A stretch of DNA of 64,000 bases, from positions 164,674,001-164,738,000 of the forward strand of contig NC_086097.1 of assembly GCF_963921235.1 (NCBI RefSeq), read 5' to 3'. The notes below the pieces were generated by a model, which made no database searches, was not told the origin of the DNA, and worked only from the letters and a program-made list of their open reading frames with translations. This DNA comes from Mobula hypostoma. Its lineage: Eukaryota. The stretch's first letter is position 1. Each line of letters begins with the position of its first letter. Position numbers and translations under genes: made by a program. Shown piece after piece: positions 39,675 to 53,559 of the stretch.

Positions 39675-40592
39675 CTTGCCGGATCATTCTAGAAGCAGAG
39701 AAAGAAAATAGGAAAAATACAGGAATTACAGGGATGTTCAACATCAAAGAAGAAGGTTGAAGAGAAACCAAATGAGTCTGGGATAACTATCCAAATGAGA
39801 TGGATATGTTATTATTCTATTATGGATTTATTGAGTATACCCACAAGAAAATTAATCTCAAGGTTGTATATGATGACATATATGTACTTTGATAATAAAT
39901 TTGCTTTGAACTTTAAATTTCAACTAAGATGGATCAGGCAGGTTATGTATACATGCAATTTGATTTTTTTTTCTTATTAACCTGTTCATCAAGAAGAAAC
40001 ATTGACCATCTTTGTGCTCTCTCTCCATTCTACATTTGAATCCCTCTGCAGTTGAAGTTCTTTGCATTTGGAATCTACTGATGAGAAAAAAATTAGGAGT
40101 AAAACAAATACAAGAATCTGAAGCAAACAAAAAAAAGAACTGCTGGAGGATCTCAGCACGGCAGGCAAGGGAATAGTTGGTAGTTCAGGCCAAACTGACC
40201 ATTCTGTTGCCTCCAGAGATGCTGCTTGAGTTCTTTCAATAGTTTACTTTTTGCTTGAGTGAAAGTAGTTGTGACGCTACAGCAATTTGCTGTCGATCAA
40301 ACTTCCTGTAATTTATTGAGAAAGCCAGTGAAAATGGTTGCTAAATTAAGCGTCGATTAAGTGCTTGGATTTAAATTTCTCTTGCTCTGGTTTTTGAAGA
40401 TTTTATCTAGGACAAAGAAATAAAGAGATCGTTATTTTAGATTTTGCAATCACAGCTATGGGTTATGTCCACAAGTAACACTTTCATGATCACTTTTGCA
40501 ATAACTGAGGAATCTTTGAACAGATGTTCTGTTCCAGGGATATTCATTTATGCAGCTTGAACTGAATATGTTTCCTTGTCTCAAATAAACAG

Positions 40593-40715
40593 CTCAGAGA
40601 GCCCCCTGTTTTACCAGAGCAGAATCTATCTGTCCAAGAACTGCAGGTTCAGCTAGAACAGGAAAGACAACTTCGGGAGGATGAAAATGAAAAATTTACC
40701 AGCAAGATTCTTCAG
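40593..40715 (+). CDS. MTCL1: MTCL1-like coding exon (123 nt, LREPPVLPEQNLSVQELQVQLEQERQLREDENEKFTSKILQ)
   Basis: taaacag|CTC acceptor and CAG|gtgagt donor; open, coiled-coil-like; resembles recalled LRGPPVLPEQ... segment of MTCL1 isoforms. Confidence 0.88.
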
Positions 40716-42459
40716 GTGAGTTTAATCATTTTCTGAGATAAATTATAGATTAATGCAAGATGCTCAGATCAATTTGTAGTATAAAATGTGGTATTCTTAC
40801 AGAAAGTTGTAGCATCACGTATTCCCAAATCTCATCTATGGTCGCTACTATTTTGGCTATTTGTGGTTCAGTCAATCTTTGGATCATCACCATTGTTTCT
40901 GGTCCTCCTTGACTAGAGGAGAGGTTCTGCATTTGACTGTGATCTCATCTGGAAAGAGTGTATGGACATTGGTTGGGGCACACACAAGGAATGATAGATA
41001 GACTGAGAAATCAGAGGGCAGCCAACACCCTTAGAACAATATACTAGCAGGAAAAGTGGTTTAAAATTCAGGATACTTTGGAGGGAATGGGGTGCCTTAT
41101 TCTGGAGCATATGCAGGATGCTTTGATATTGACACAGAACACCCAGCTCCTAGGCCAAAATGTGGCTCGAGAGCATCATTATCTGGACCCTCACCTGTGC
41201 TCTTTCTTCCAGCCTGTGAATTTCATATATTACAAGTGCGTGGTTCCCAAAACTACAAGCTATTTACTGGTTTTGGGTTTGGATCAATGGTGAAACAGCT
41301 TGACATGTCCAAACTAAGAAATTTTACTGAGCTCAAGATTCCTGTCATATTCTTTTATGAGGGAAAGCCTATCAACTCCTTGTGCTCGCAACAGTGCACC
41401 TGAGATTGAGAGATCATGTTGGTCATGCGTATGTTTTCAAATCCTATTTGAGCCATAGTATGCAAATTATTTGAACATGGCATGGCAATTTTAGCTAGCC
41501 TGCAGGGAATTGGTGACTTTAGGCCCAAGGTTTCCAGGCTGTGCACCACTGAAGGTTTCCTCACCTCATAACTCGGTCTGTTACAGTCTAATTGAAAGAG
41601 ATTGATTGTTGCAGTTAGTTAACAAGTCCATGATTGCTGCATTAGGATGCCAATAAGCAAACTCAATGGCCTTAATCTTTTCATTTTTCACAGTTCCTTT
41701 GCAGAAACGATTTAGGGGCTCTGATGGTAATGCATGTGAACCATTCTTAGGGATAAGGAACAGAAGGGTAAAGGCTTTGTGAGGGAAGGGAGAAGAGAAT
41801 GAAAAATTACTAGTGTAAAAAGTTGGGGAAGGGATAATCATGCTCCAGTGGAATTAATTAACCACTATGTTTCCACTGATTAAAGTTATGTTTAGTTTTC
41901 CCGTTCTGAATTGCCAGCCAGGATATTGAAGCTATGTGGAGATGCAATGGGAAATTCCTAACTTCAACAACAGCGTGTAGTTCTTGAAAGTTAAGAAGAT
42001 CTTAATCTTCAAAGCAAAATAAAAGCGATTAAACAAAGAAATCTTCTCCATTTTTTTAAATTAAGTGCAATCGTGAACAATAGCCAGATCAGAAATGCTG
42101 ATCAAGTCAACTAGTTCCCAAAGAGAACTCTGATAGGCCAATCAGATGGTTCACTGCTGCTCAGCTTCAGAACACAAAAAAAATCATATGTACAATTAAG
42201 AAACATTAAAAAATAGTGGAAATACTGGAGACATGATGATCATGATGAATTCTGCTGGAGAGAGACATTTATACACATGCTGTCCTCCATAATTCAAAGA
42301 GAGTGAAGGATAAGGTTGCAGGTTGACAAAATGTGGCAGGAGCACTTGGAACTAAAAACTAATCCCTACCGGGAGAAAACAGCACCTGTTCTCTCTGCAC
42401 TGTTCTCCAGCAGTTTAAGGACTAAGTCCAGCCAGAAAATAACTCACAAGTGCTCTTGA

Positions 42460-43020
42460 AAGTCAGGTATTAACCCTACCTACCAACAACCAAGCATTGC
42501 CATCCTGGTCCCCTTCATGATAGCTTATGAAGAAGCCTGTGACTTCCCTCCCAGAGATGATAGGTGTTTGTGCACTCAACTCTTGAAGGCTTGGACCCCA
42601 TCGTCGCAGATGTTTCCAACCACAGCATCTGGAAGGCTGTTCCAAATTCTGATAGCACAGTGAATGAAGCTTCTATCCAGTGTGTAGGTTCTCGCATCAG
42701 GCATAGAAACAGCATGAGCAGGCATAGATAAACTTGATCATGTGGTGCACCATCTCTCATAAGGTGAAGGCAGCATGGTGCGAAGTTCTGCAAGGCTGTG
42801 GCTGATGTGCATTTTGTATAGCACAGTAGCTGCAGCAACCAGTCATCTGCGGTGTAAGCTATTGATGGCTAGTTTCTCACGAGCTGTGACTTCATCTACT
42901 CTTATAATCCTGAGAGCCTTTCTCTGAATGGAATCAAGCTGGTTGAGGACACTCTTGAGGCATTCATCCATGATAAGCAGGCATTCTCCATGATACTTCG
43001 TACCTGGGCTTTGTAAACCG
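42460..43020 (-). mobile_element. CR1/L2-clade LINE 3' fragment
   Basis: VYKAQVRSIMENACLSWM and QLDSIQRKALRII...SLHRR motifs in minus-strand ORFs. Confidence 0.7.
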
Positions 43021-43227
43021 TAAAAGGACAAATAACAAATAAAAAAACCCAGGAATAGATTATTAAACTGTATTGGAATGCATACAGTAAAATCTTGGTC
43101 CAAGTTGATTCATTGGTAACTTTCAAAGGGATTGTAAATATATGGATAGGAGCTGCACAATTTCTGCTCAACAAGGGGATCACTGAAGTGACAGTAATTG
43201 ATCAGCTTCATCCAAAAGCTGATGAAT

Positions 43228-43372
43228 GATCAGAATCAGGTTATTTTCCTCTTTGACATAAGCTGTGAAATTTATTGTTTTGTAGAAACAGGACAGTGCA
43301 GGATAACAAATTACTATAATTTGCAATAAAAATAAAATGGTGTGAAGGAGTAATAGTGAGGTAGTGTTCATG
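43228..43372 (-). mobile_element. Rex1/Babar 3' tail fragment
   Basis: atcagaatcaggtt...gtgaaatttattgtttt...atagtgaggtagtgttcatgg. Confidence 0.7.
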
Positions 43373-44712
43373 GATCTCTGCTTCAGTGTTTCTTTCTGTT
43401 ACACAGCTGAGTAATTAAGATACAAGAGCTAGCTTGCAGGCATGTGCAAGCATGCAGTTAAGTGGTCTTCTCTGATGTGTAGGGAGAAATTATTTTTTGT
43501 CTCCAACAGACTTTTTGAGGAAGGATCATTTTGTAACCAGAAATGTTGCTTTTGATAGACTTTCACAGTAAGTACTTACAGGGAATTTCAGCTCTGGTAA
43601 CAAAGCGAATTGTCCCATATTCCCATATGTCCCATATTGTCATTTTGCCAACATTATTTGTAGAATTACACAGGCACCCACTCCACTCAGACCAAATAAA
43701 GATGAAGCAACTGCTTTCCTCCAAGGCAGGGAAACTGAAAAGCGTTGAAGCGAATGTCATCATGAAGATTCCTAGAGATCAGAAACATCTATAGCAAGCA
43801 TGCCGAGAAAATTAAATTTTAATGCTTTTGGTGAAGATGCAAACAAAAACCTCTCTGTACATGTGCCTATTTGTGCATATGTTTGTAATCGGATTAATGT
43901 TCAATTGGGTTGCCTGTTGCCCTTTCTGTCTTCCCCTTCCAACCAAAGCACGTGTCCCTGTTTTCGTGTGGGAAGTAGAGGCAGATTAATCAAGTGACTT
44001 TTAAAAATGCCTTTGGGAGAGAAAAATCAGGTCCTTTAAAAAATGTGATAATTATTTTTTGCAATAAATATTGATGAAGTTCTAGAATATATGTAATTAA
44101 TCTAATAACATCTTTTAAGTCTTGCCAGCTGATTTCATTGGGCAAAGATGACTTGAGGTGTTTTATTCTGATTCAAATGCATTGATGATTGAAAACATAT
44201 TTTTAGATGTTTGCAAAGTGTGGTTTAGAATAATATGCAAAAGCTTTATTCAGGATCTGATTAATGGTGAGTAATGCAATGGGTTAGTATACAGAACTGA
44301 ATCACATGCAAGTTAATGATAAATTTCCTGTGCCACTAAGGAAGACAAGGCAACACAGTGGGTTTGTTCACTATCTTTTTACACTTCAGCATATATTCGT
44401 TTCCAGTTCTAACAGACAACTACATAGATACTCTTCCATTTTGGCACTCTCTGTGTATGTTGGCAGTGTTAACTCAATTTAGGTTGGGGAAGTGGGGGAT
44501 GGACAGGAAATCAACAAAATGGAGTTGGCAAAGGACTGGTAAACCTAGCCAGCTGTTGGTGCTGTAGAAGTAGTTGTGCCTCTGCTTAAATTAAATTTCA
44601 TGCTGTTAAGATAATGTGGCCCTGGGCTATGAGTGGCCTGAAAGTACTTGATGCTAATACTGGATATAGAAATATGTGAGATCTTCTAACCTTTATAGGT
44701 CTGTGAAGGGTA

Positions 44713-46590
44713 CATAGAAACATAGAAAACCTACAACACAATACAGACCCTTCGGCCCACAAAGTTGTGCCGAACATGTCCCTACCTTAGAAATTACTAG
44801 GCTTACCTATAGCCCTCTATTTTTCTAAGCTCCATGTACCTATTCAAAAGTCTCTTAAAAGACCCTATCGTATCTGCCTCCACCACCATTGCCGGCAGCC
44901 CATTCTATGCACTCACCACTCTCTGAGTAAAAAACTTACCCCTGACATCTCCTCTGTACCTACTCCCCAGCACCTTAAACCTGTGCCCTCTTGTGGCAAC
45001 CATTTCACCCCTGGGAAAAAGCCTCTGACTATCCACACGATCAATGCCTCTCATCATCTTATACACCGCTATCAGGTCACCTCTCATCCTCCGTTGCTCC
45101 AAGGAGAAAAGGCGAAGTTCACTCAACCTATTCTCATAAGGCATGCTCCCCAATCCAGGCAACATCCTTGTAAATCTCCTCTGCACCCTTTCTATGGTTT
45201 CCACATCCTTCCTGTAGTGAGGCGACCAGAACTGAGCACAGTACTCAGTACCCAAGTGGGGTCTGACCAGGGCCCTATATAGCTGCAACATGACCTCTCG
45301 GCTCCTAAATTCAATTCCACGATTGATGAAGGCCAATACACTAAGCATTCTTAACCACAGAGTCAACCTGCGCAGCTGTTTTGAGCGTCCTATGGACTTG
45401 GACCCCAAGATCCTTCTGATCCTCCACACTGCCAGGAGTCTTACCACTAATACTATATTCTGCCATCATATTTGACCTACCAAAATGAACCACTTCACAC
45501 TTATCTGGGTTGAACTCCATCTGCCACTTCCCAGCCCAGTTCTGCATCCTATCAGTGTTCCACTGTAACATTTGACAGCCCTGCACACTATCCACAACAC
45601 CTCCAACCTTTGTGTTATCAGCAAACTTACTAACCAATCCCTCCACTTCCTCATCCAGGTCATTTATAAAAATCACGAAGAGTAAGTGCCCTAGAACAGG
45701 TCCCTGAGGCACTCTACTGGTTACTGACTTCCATGCAGAATATGACCTGTCTACAACCGCTCTTTGCCTTCTGTGGGCAAGCCAGTTCTAGATCCACAAA
45801 GCAATGTTTCCTTGGATCCCATGCCTCCTTACTTTCTCAATAAGCCTTGCATGGGGTACCTTATCAAATGCCTTGCTGAAATCCATATACACTACATCTA
45901 CTGCTCTTCCTTCATCAATGTGTTTAATCACATCCTCAAAAAATTCAATCAGGCTTGTAAGGCACAACCTGCCCTTGACAAAGCCATGCTGATTGTTCCC
46001 GATCTTATTATACCTCTCCAAATGTTCATAAATCCTGCCTCTCAGGATCTTCTCCATCAACTTACCAACCACTGAAGTAAGATTCACTGGTCTATAATTT
46101 CCTGGACTATCCCTACTCCCTTTCTTGAATAAAAGAACAACATCCGCAACCCTCCAATCCTCTGGAACCTCTCCTGTCCCCATTGATGATGCAAAGATCA
46201 TTGCCAGAGACTCAGCAATCTCCTCCCTCACCTCCCACAGTAGCCTGGGGTACATCTCATCCAGTCTTGGCGACTTATCCAACTTGATGCTTTCCAAAAG
46301 CTCCAGCACATCCTCTTTCTTAATATTTACATGCTCAAGCTTTTCAGTCTGCTGCAGTCATCACTACAATCACCAGGATCCTTTTCCATAGTGAATACTG
46401 AAGTAAAGTATTCATTAAGTACCTCTGCTATTTCCTCCGGTTCCATACATACTTTCTCACTGTCACACTTGATAGGTCCTATTCTTTCATGTCTTATCCT
46501 CTTGCTGTTCACATACTTGTAGAATGCTTTGGGGTTTTCCTTAATCCTGCCCGCCAAGGCCTTCTCATGGCCCCTTTTGGCTCTCCCATA
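44713..46590 (-). mobile_element. 5'-truncated CR1 LINE (RT) with (TTTCTATG)n tail, inserted into an older plus-strand CR1 3' end (about 44685-46925)
   Basis: ORFs with NYRPVNLTSVVGK, YMDFSKAFDKVPH, PQGPVLG, KFADNTK and YCAQFWSPHY; catagaaacatagaaa tail at 44713. Confidence 0.95.
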
Positions 46591-46959
46591 TAGATATGGG
46601 TATAGATAAGGTAAATAGCCACAGTCTTTTTCCTGGAATAGTGAGGACCAAAGCTGGAACCATAGGTTTAAGTGAAAGGGGAAATATTTATAAGGGTCCT
46701 GAGAGGCAACTTTTCCATCCAACTGAGTGGTGTGTATATGGAACAAGCGGGAGATGGGTACAGTTACAACTTTTAGAGGGCATTTGGACTGGTACGTGAA
46801 TGTGAAAGGGTTAGAGAGATATTTGACAAATAGAGGAAATGGAACTAGCTTAGTTAGGCAACCTGGCAGCATTGGCGAGTTGAGGTGAAAGTCTGTTTTC
46901 CATGCTCTATAACCCTGTGACTCTAAGTTTGCCCTATTTTCAGTCCTCTGAGACAATAA

Positions 46960-47330
46960 TGTGGGGGCACAGAATCTCATTGAAACCTATTAAATATTGA
47001 AAGGCTTAGATAGAGTGGATGTGGAGAGCATGTTTCCATAGTGGGTGATTTTAGGACCAGAGGGCACAACCTCAGAATAGAGGAATTTCTTTAGTGAGAG
47101 GGTAGACAATCTGTGAAATTCATTGCCACAGACGGCTGCAGAGGCCAGGTCATCGAGTATATTTAATGTGATGTTTGGTAGTTTCTTGATTAGTCAGGGC
47201 ATCACAGGTTACAGGGAGAAGGCACGGGAATGGGTTGAGAGGGATAATAATTCAACCATGATGGAATGGCAGAGCAGACTCGATGGGCCAAGTGTCCTAA
47301 ATCATCTCCTATGTCTTCTGGCCTTGTGGT
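46960..47330 (+). mobile_element. CR1 3' end fragment
   Basis: aatctcattgaaacctat...ggcagagcagactcgatgggcc, collinear with 39280-39670. Confidence 0.8.
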
Positions 47331-47482
47331 GCGTGTTGAAGCGTGGAATAATATCTCAGTTTTTCATTGGATTATTGTGTAAGTCTTGAAAAGAATTACT
47401 ATGTTTCAATATTAAGATTTGAGTTCTATTAATTTCATGACACTTATAGTACTTTTTTGTTCTACTATTTGCCTTGTGACAG

Positions 47483-47713
47483 ATTGAAGAGGAAAACCAG
47501 AAGAATCTACTGAGGAAAGATTATGAAGTGCAAAGCCTGAACCTACAGAACAGGCTGGAGCAAAAGTCCTGGAGTCATGAGAGGACTCTGCTACTGCAGG
47601 AGATGAGAATGTTCAAACAGAACAGCTTCCTGTTCTATGTCAAACTCAAATGGTTGCTTAAACACTGGCGGCAAGGAAAAAAAATAGAGTATGGAGGGGA
47701 GGATATCCTGGAG
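47483..47713 (+). CDS. MTCL1: MTCL1-like coding exon (231 nt, IEEENQKNLLRK...FLFYVKLKWLLKHWRQGKK...ILE)
   Basis: ttgtgacag|ATT acceptor and GAG|gtaggc donor; FLFYVKLxWLLKHWRQGK motif matches recalled MTCL1. Confidence 0.92.
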
Positions 47714-48053
47714 GTAGGCCTGACATTCTCAGTGTAGTCTCTTTTCAGAGGTTCCAGTTTATTGCATCGTGTGTGAGGTAAACAGTAAAAATTATATATT
47801 ATGGGAGGTAAATAGTAAAAATGATATGAGCATTATTTTTAATTCTAGTGGAAAAGCAAAATTCTATTGGAAATCTGATACTGAAACAGAACACGTTGAA
47901 AGCATCTGTAAAATCTGAAAAGTAGAGTTGACATTTCGTTAGAACCAGAAAAACTTAGGATAAACTGATTTTTAAAAAATGGAAAAGGAACAAAAGAAAA
48001 TGACTTTGGCATAGAAAATAAAAATAAATGACAAAAGGAGATAGTACTACAAG

Positions 48054-51000
48054 ATCAGAATCAGGTTTATTTTCACCGGCATGTGCCGTGAAATTTGTTA
48101 ACTTAGCAGCAGCAGTTCAATGCAATACATAATATAGAAGGGGGGGAATAAATAAATAAGTAAATCAATTACAGTATATGTATATTGAATAGATTAAAGT
48201 CATGCAAAAACAAAAATAATATATGTTAAAAAAAAGTGAGGTAGTGTCCAGTGGTTCAATGTCCATTTAGGAATCCGATGGCAGAGGGGAAGAAGCTGTT
48301 CCTGAGTCACTGAGTGTATGCCCTTGGGCTTCTGTACCTCCTAATTGATGGTAACAGTGAGAAAAGGGCATGCTCTGGGTGCTGGAGGTCCTTAATAATG
48401 GGCACTACCTTTCTGAGACACCACTCCTTGAAGATGCCCTGGGTACTTTGTAGGCTAGTACCCAAGATGGAGCTGACTAAATTTACAACCTTCTGCAGCT
48501 TCTTTCAGTCCTGTGCAGTAGTGCCCCCTCCCCCATTCAGACAGTGATGAAGCCTGTCAGAATGCTCCCCACAGTACATTAATGGAGGTTTTTGAGTGTA
48601 TTTGTTGACAGACCAAATCTCTTCAAACTCCTAATGAAGTATACTCACTGTCTTGCCTTCTTTATAACTGCATCGATATGTTGGGACCAGGTTAGATCCT
48701 CAAAGATCTTGATACCTAGGAACTTGAAACTGCTCACTCTCTCCACTTCTGATCCCTCTATGAGGATTGGTATGTGTTCCTTCGTCTTACCCTTCTGGAA
48801 GTCCGCAATCAGCTCATTCGTCTTACTGACATCAAGTGCCAAGTTGTTGCTGCGACGCCACTCCACCAGTTGCCATGTCTCACCCCTGTACACCCTCTCG
48901 TCACCACCTGAGATTTTATCAACAATGGTTGTATCATCAGCAAATTTATAGATGGTATTTGAGCTATGCTAGCCACACAGTCATGGGTATAGGGAGAGTA
49001 GAGCAGTGGACGAAGCACACACCCCTGAGATGCGCCAGTGTTGATTATCAGTGAGGAGGAGATGTTATCACCAATCCGCACAGATTGTGGTCTTCTGGTT
49101 AGAAAATCAAGGATCCAATTGCAGAGGGAGGTACAGAGGCCCAGGTTCTGTAACTTCTCAATCAGAATTGTAGGAATGGTGATTTTAAATGCTGATCTAT
49201 AGTTGATGAACAGCGTCCTGACGTAGGTGTTTGTATTGTCTTGGTCGTCTAAAGCCAGTTAAAGAGCCGTTGAGATTGCATCTGCCTTTGACCTATTGTG
49301 GCAATAGGCAAAATTCAATAGGTCCAGGTCTTTACTTACTGAGGCAGGAACTCAGTCTAGTCATGACCAACCTCTCAAAGCATTTCATCACTGTAGATGT
49401 GAGTGCTACTGGGCAGTAGTCATTAAGGCAGCTCACATTATTCTTCTTAGGCACTGGTACAATCGTTGCATTTTTGAAGCAAGTGGGAACTTCCACCCAT
49501 AGCAGTGAGAGGTTGAAAATATCCATGAATACTCCTACCTGTTCGGCACAGGTTTTCAGAGCCTTACCAGGTACTCCATCAGGACCTTCTGCCTTGTGAG
49601 GGTTCACTCTCTTTAAAGGCAGCCTAACATCGGCTTATGAGACAGAGATCACAGGGTCATCAGGTGCAGCAGGGATCTTCACAGTTGTAGTTATATTCTC
49701 CCTTTCAAAGTGGGCGTTGAAAGCGTTGAGTTCATCTGGTAGTGAAGCATCGCTAACATCCATGCTATTGGGTTTCGTTTTGTAGGATGTAATGTCTTAC
49801 AAACCGTGCCAGAGTTGTCATTCTTCCAATGTCGCCTCCAACCTCATTCGAAATTGTCTCTTCGCCCTTGAAATAGCCCTCTGCAAATCATACCTGGTTT
49901 TCTGGTACAGGCCTGGGTTGCCAGACTTGAATGCCACAGATCTAGCTTTCAGCAGACGATGTACCTCCTGGTTCATCCACGACTTTTGGTTTGGGAATGT
50001 ACAGTAAGTCTTTGTAGGCACACACTCATCCGTACAGGTTTTAATGAAGTTGGTAACAACTGCAGCATACTCATCCAGATTCAAAGATGAATCCCTGAAT
50101 ACAGTCCAGTCCACCGATTCAAAGCAGTCCTGTAGGCACTCCTGTGATTCCTTTGTCAATAGATTCTTGGTCCCCACTACTGGTGCTGCAGTCTTCAGTC
50201 TCTGCCTATTCCAAAGAGGAAGAAAGGATCTAAGAGGAGTAAGAGGCGACCATGGATGACAAGGGAAGTCAAGGACAGTATAAAAATAAAAGAGAGGTAG
50301 TATAACGTAGCAAGGATGAGCGGGAAGCCAGAGGATTGGGAGACTTTTAAGGAGCAACAGAAGGTAACTAAAAAGGCAATACGGGGGGGCGGAAAGATGA
50401 GGTACGAAGGTAAGCTAGCCAAAAAAATAAAGGAGGATAGTAAAAGCTTCTTTAGGTATGTGAAGAGGAAAAAATTAGTGAAGACCAAAGCTGGGCCCTT
50501 GAAGACAGAAACGGGTGAAATTATTATGGGGAACAAGGAAATGGCAGAGGAGCTGAACAGGTACTTTGGATCTGTCTTCACTAGGGAAGACACAAACAAT
50601 CTCCCAGATGTAATAGTGGCCAGAGGACCTAGGGTACGGAGGAACTGAAGGAAATTCGCATTAGGCAGAAAATGGTGTTGGGTAAACTGACGGGACTGAA
50701 TGTTGATAAATCCCCAGGGCCTGATGGTCTGCATCCTAGGGTACTTAAGGATGTGGCTGTAGAAATTGTGGACGCATTGGTAATCATTTTCCAGTTTTCT
50801 ATGGATTCAAGATCAGTTCCTGCAGATTGGAGGGTAGCTAATGTTATCCCACTTTTTAAGAAAGGAGGGAGAGAGAAAACAGGCAATTGTAGACCAGTTA
50901 CTCTGACATCCGTGGTGGGGAAGATGCTGGAGTCAATTATAAAAGATGAAATAGTGGTATATTTGGATAGAAGTAGCAGGATAGGTCCGAGTCAGCATGG

Positions 51001-53040
51001 ATTTACAAAGGGGAAATCATGCTTGACTAATCTTCTGGAATTTTTTGAGGATGTAACTATGAAAATGGACATGGGAAAGCCAGTGGATGTAGTGTACCTG
51101 GACTTTCAGAAAGCCTTTGATAAGATCCCACATAGGATGTTATTGGGCAAAATTAGAGCAAGTGGTATTGGGGGTAGGGTACTGACATGGATAGAAAATT
51201 GATTGGCTGACAGTAGGGATTAACGGGTCCTTTTCAGAATGGCAGGCAGTGACTTAGTGGGGTACCGCAAGGTTCAGTGCTGGGACTGCAGCTATTTACA
51301 ATATACATTAATGATTTAGATGAAGGGATTAAAAGTAACATTAGCAAATTTGCAGATGACACCAGGCTGGGTGACAGTGTGAAATGTGAGGAGGATGTTA
51401 TGAGAATGCAGGGTGACTTGGACAGGTTGGGTGAGTGGGCAGATGCAGTTTAATGTGGATAAATGTGAGGTTATCCACTTTGGTGACAAGAACAGGAAGG
51501 CAGATTACTATCTGAATGGTGTCAAGTTAGGAAAAGGGGAAGTACAACGAGATCTTGGTGTCCTTGTTCATCAGTCACTGAAAATAAGCATACAGGTACA
51601 GCAGGCAGAGAAGAAAGCTAATGGCATGTTGGCCTTCATAACAAAGGGAGTTGAGTATAGGAGCAAAGAGGTCCTTCTGCAGTTGTACAAGGCCCTGGTG
51701 AGACCCCACCTGGAGTATTGTGTGCAGTTTTGGACTCAAAATTTGAGGAAGGACATTCTTGCTATTAAGGGAGTGCAGCGTAGGTTCACTGGGTTAATTC
51801 CAGGGATTGCGGGAATGTCATGTGTTGAAAGACTGGGCTTGCATACACTGGGATTTAGAAGGATGAGAGGGGATCTGATTGAAACATATAGGATTATTAA
51901 GGGATTGGACACGCTAGAGGCAGGAAACATGTTCCCAATGTTGGGGGAGTCCAGAACCAGAGGCCACAGTTTAAGAATAAGGGGTAGACCATTTAGAACG
52001 GAGTTGAGGAAAAACTTTTTCCACACAGAGGGTTGTGGATCTGTGGAATGCTCTGCCTCAGAAGGCAGTGGAGGCCAATTATCTGGATTCTTTCAAGAAA
52101 GAGTTAGATAGAGCTCTTAAAGATAGCAGAGTCAAGGGATATGGGGAGAAGGCAGGAACAGGGTACTGATTGTGGATGATCAGCCATGATCACAGTGAAT
52201 GGTGGTGCTGGCTCGAAGGGCCAAATGGCCTACTCCTGCACCTATTGTCTATTGTCTATACTCAGGGAGTAGAAGTACAGCCAGGTGATCAGACTTCCTG
52301 AAGTGAGGGCGTGGAATAGCATGGTAGGCATTCTTGATGGTGGTGTAACAATGGTCCAGTGTGTTGTTTCCTCTAGTATTGCAAATAATCTGTTGATGGT
52401 AATTGCTTAGTGATTTTTTTCAGACTGGCCTAGTTAAAATCCCCCAAAACAATGGTGAAGACGTTAGGGTGTGCTGTTTCATGCATGTTGATCCCATTGC
52501 TCAGATCATTTAAAGCCTGATTGACATTGACCTGTAGAATGTATACTGTTACCAAAATGATCCCAGAAATCTCCCACGGTAGGTAAAAAGGATGGCACGT
52601 AACTGCTAGATATTCCAGGTCTGGTGAGCAGAATTGGGACAGCACTGATATATTTGTGTACCAAGAAGAGTTGATCATGAGGCATACTCCTCCACCTCTG
52701 CTTTTGAGGGACTCTATAGATCTATCCGGTACAGAAGGGGTTAACCAGGATTCTCTGAAACAAAGGACACACGCGGTCCTAATGTCCCTCTGATTTAGCA
52801 CCCTAGCTCTGAGATCATCGATTTTATTCACCAGAGACTGCACATTTGCTAGCAAGATGGTCGCTATTGGCAGTTTAAAACCCCATTTCCGAAAACACAT
52901 TTGTATCCCTGATCTGCAGCCACATTTCCTGATGAAGGAGGTTGTTGGTGGGTCAGGCAAAGATTAAAGATCATTCTGGTTAACCAATCCATAATTATAA
53001 TTTTGGAAATGAATACAATCCAGCTCTGATCTTAAATTAT
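48054..53040 (-). mobile_element. Near full-length decayed Rex1/Babar-like LINE (APE plus RT), interrupted by a CR1
   Basis: APE-region [59 protein letters not shown] and [24 protein letters not shown]; aataaacctgattctgat tail. Confidence 0.88.
50210..52255 (+). mobile_element. 5'-truncated CR1 LINE nested in the Rex/Babar element, (ATTGTCT)n tail
   Basis: CR1 RT motifs (KSPGPDGLHPRVLK, YLDFQKAFDK, LEYCVQFW); removing it restores host ctctgcctatactcaggg; CTAT duplicated at 50206-50209 and 52256-52259. Confidence 0.93.
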
Positions 53041-53407
53041 CGATGCAGCTTTCTAACATGAATCCCATTTGTCATTTTAAGATGGAACAGGGAGATGGCA
53101 ACTTGACCAATCATGTGGTACCATCTGGAAGTTTGTGGTAGGATATTATGAATACAATGGTGATACATTTGCATCTGTTTTCCATTCTGAAGAGCAATCT
53201 GAGAAACTGTACACTTTCAGTATCGATCCAAGCATTTCATACTCTTATGCTCTCTCTTAATAAAAGCAAGGTTAATTACTTAAACTATTTCATTATTTAA
53301 GCTATTTTTCAAGTTTTGGTGACCACTAGTTCTCTGATCATTCATTCTCTGTGCAACCAGGTTATGAAAGCAGCCTTAATAATCTGGGTCACCTTCACAG
53401 ATTAGTT

Positions 53408-53550
53408 ACAAACAAGAGAAAATCTGCAGATGCTGGAAATCCAAGCAACACACACAAAACGCTAGAGGAACTCTGCAGGCCAGTCAGCATCTGTGGGGAA
53501 AAAAGTACAGTTAACGATTTGGGTCAAGACCCTTCATCAGGACAGGAGGA
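53408..53550 (-). mobile_element. Penelope-terminus repeat with mutated hammerhead motif
   Basis: minus strand ctgtcCTGATGAagggtcttgacccaaatcgttaactg...ggatttccagcatctgcag. Confidence 0.75.
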
Positions 53551-53559
53551 AAAAAAAAC

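Noticed and set aside
46327..46980. 217-aa minus-strand ORF
   Set aside because: Chimeric read-through from the antisense of one CR1 tail into a nested CR1
49818..50734. Two 179-aa minus-strand ORFs
   Set aside because: They span the CR1 and Rex/Babar junction; only part is real Rex/Babar ORF
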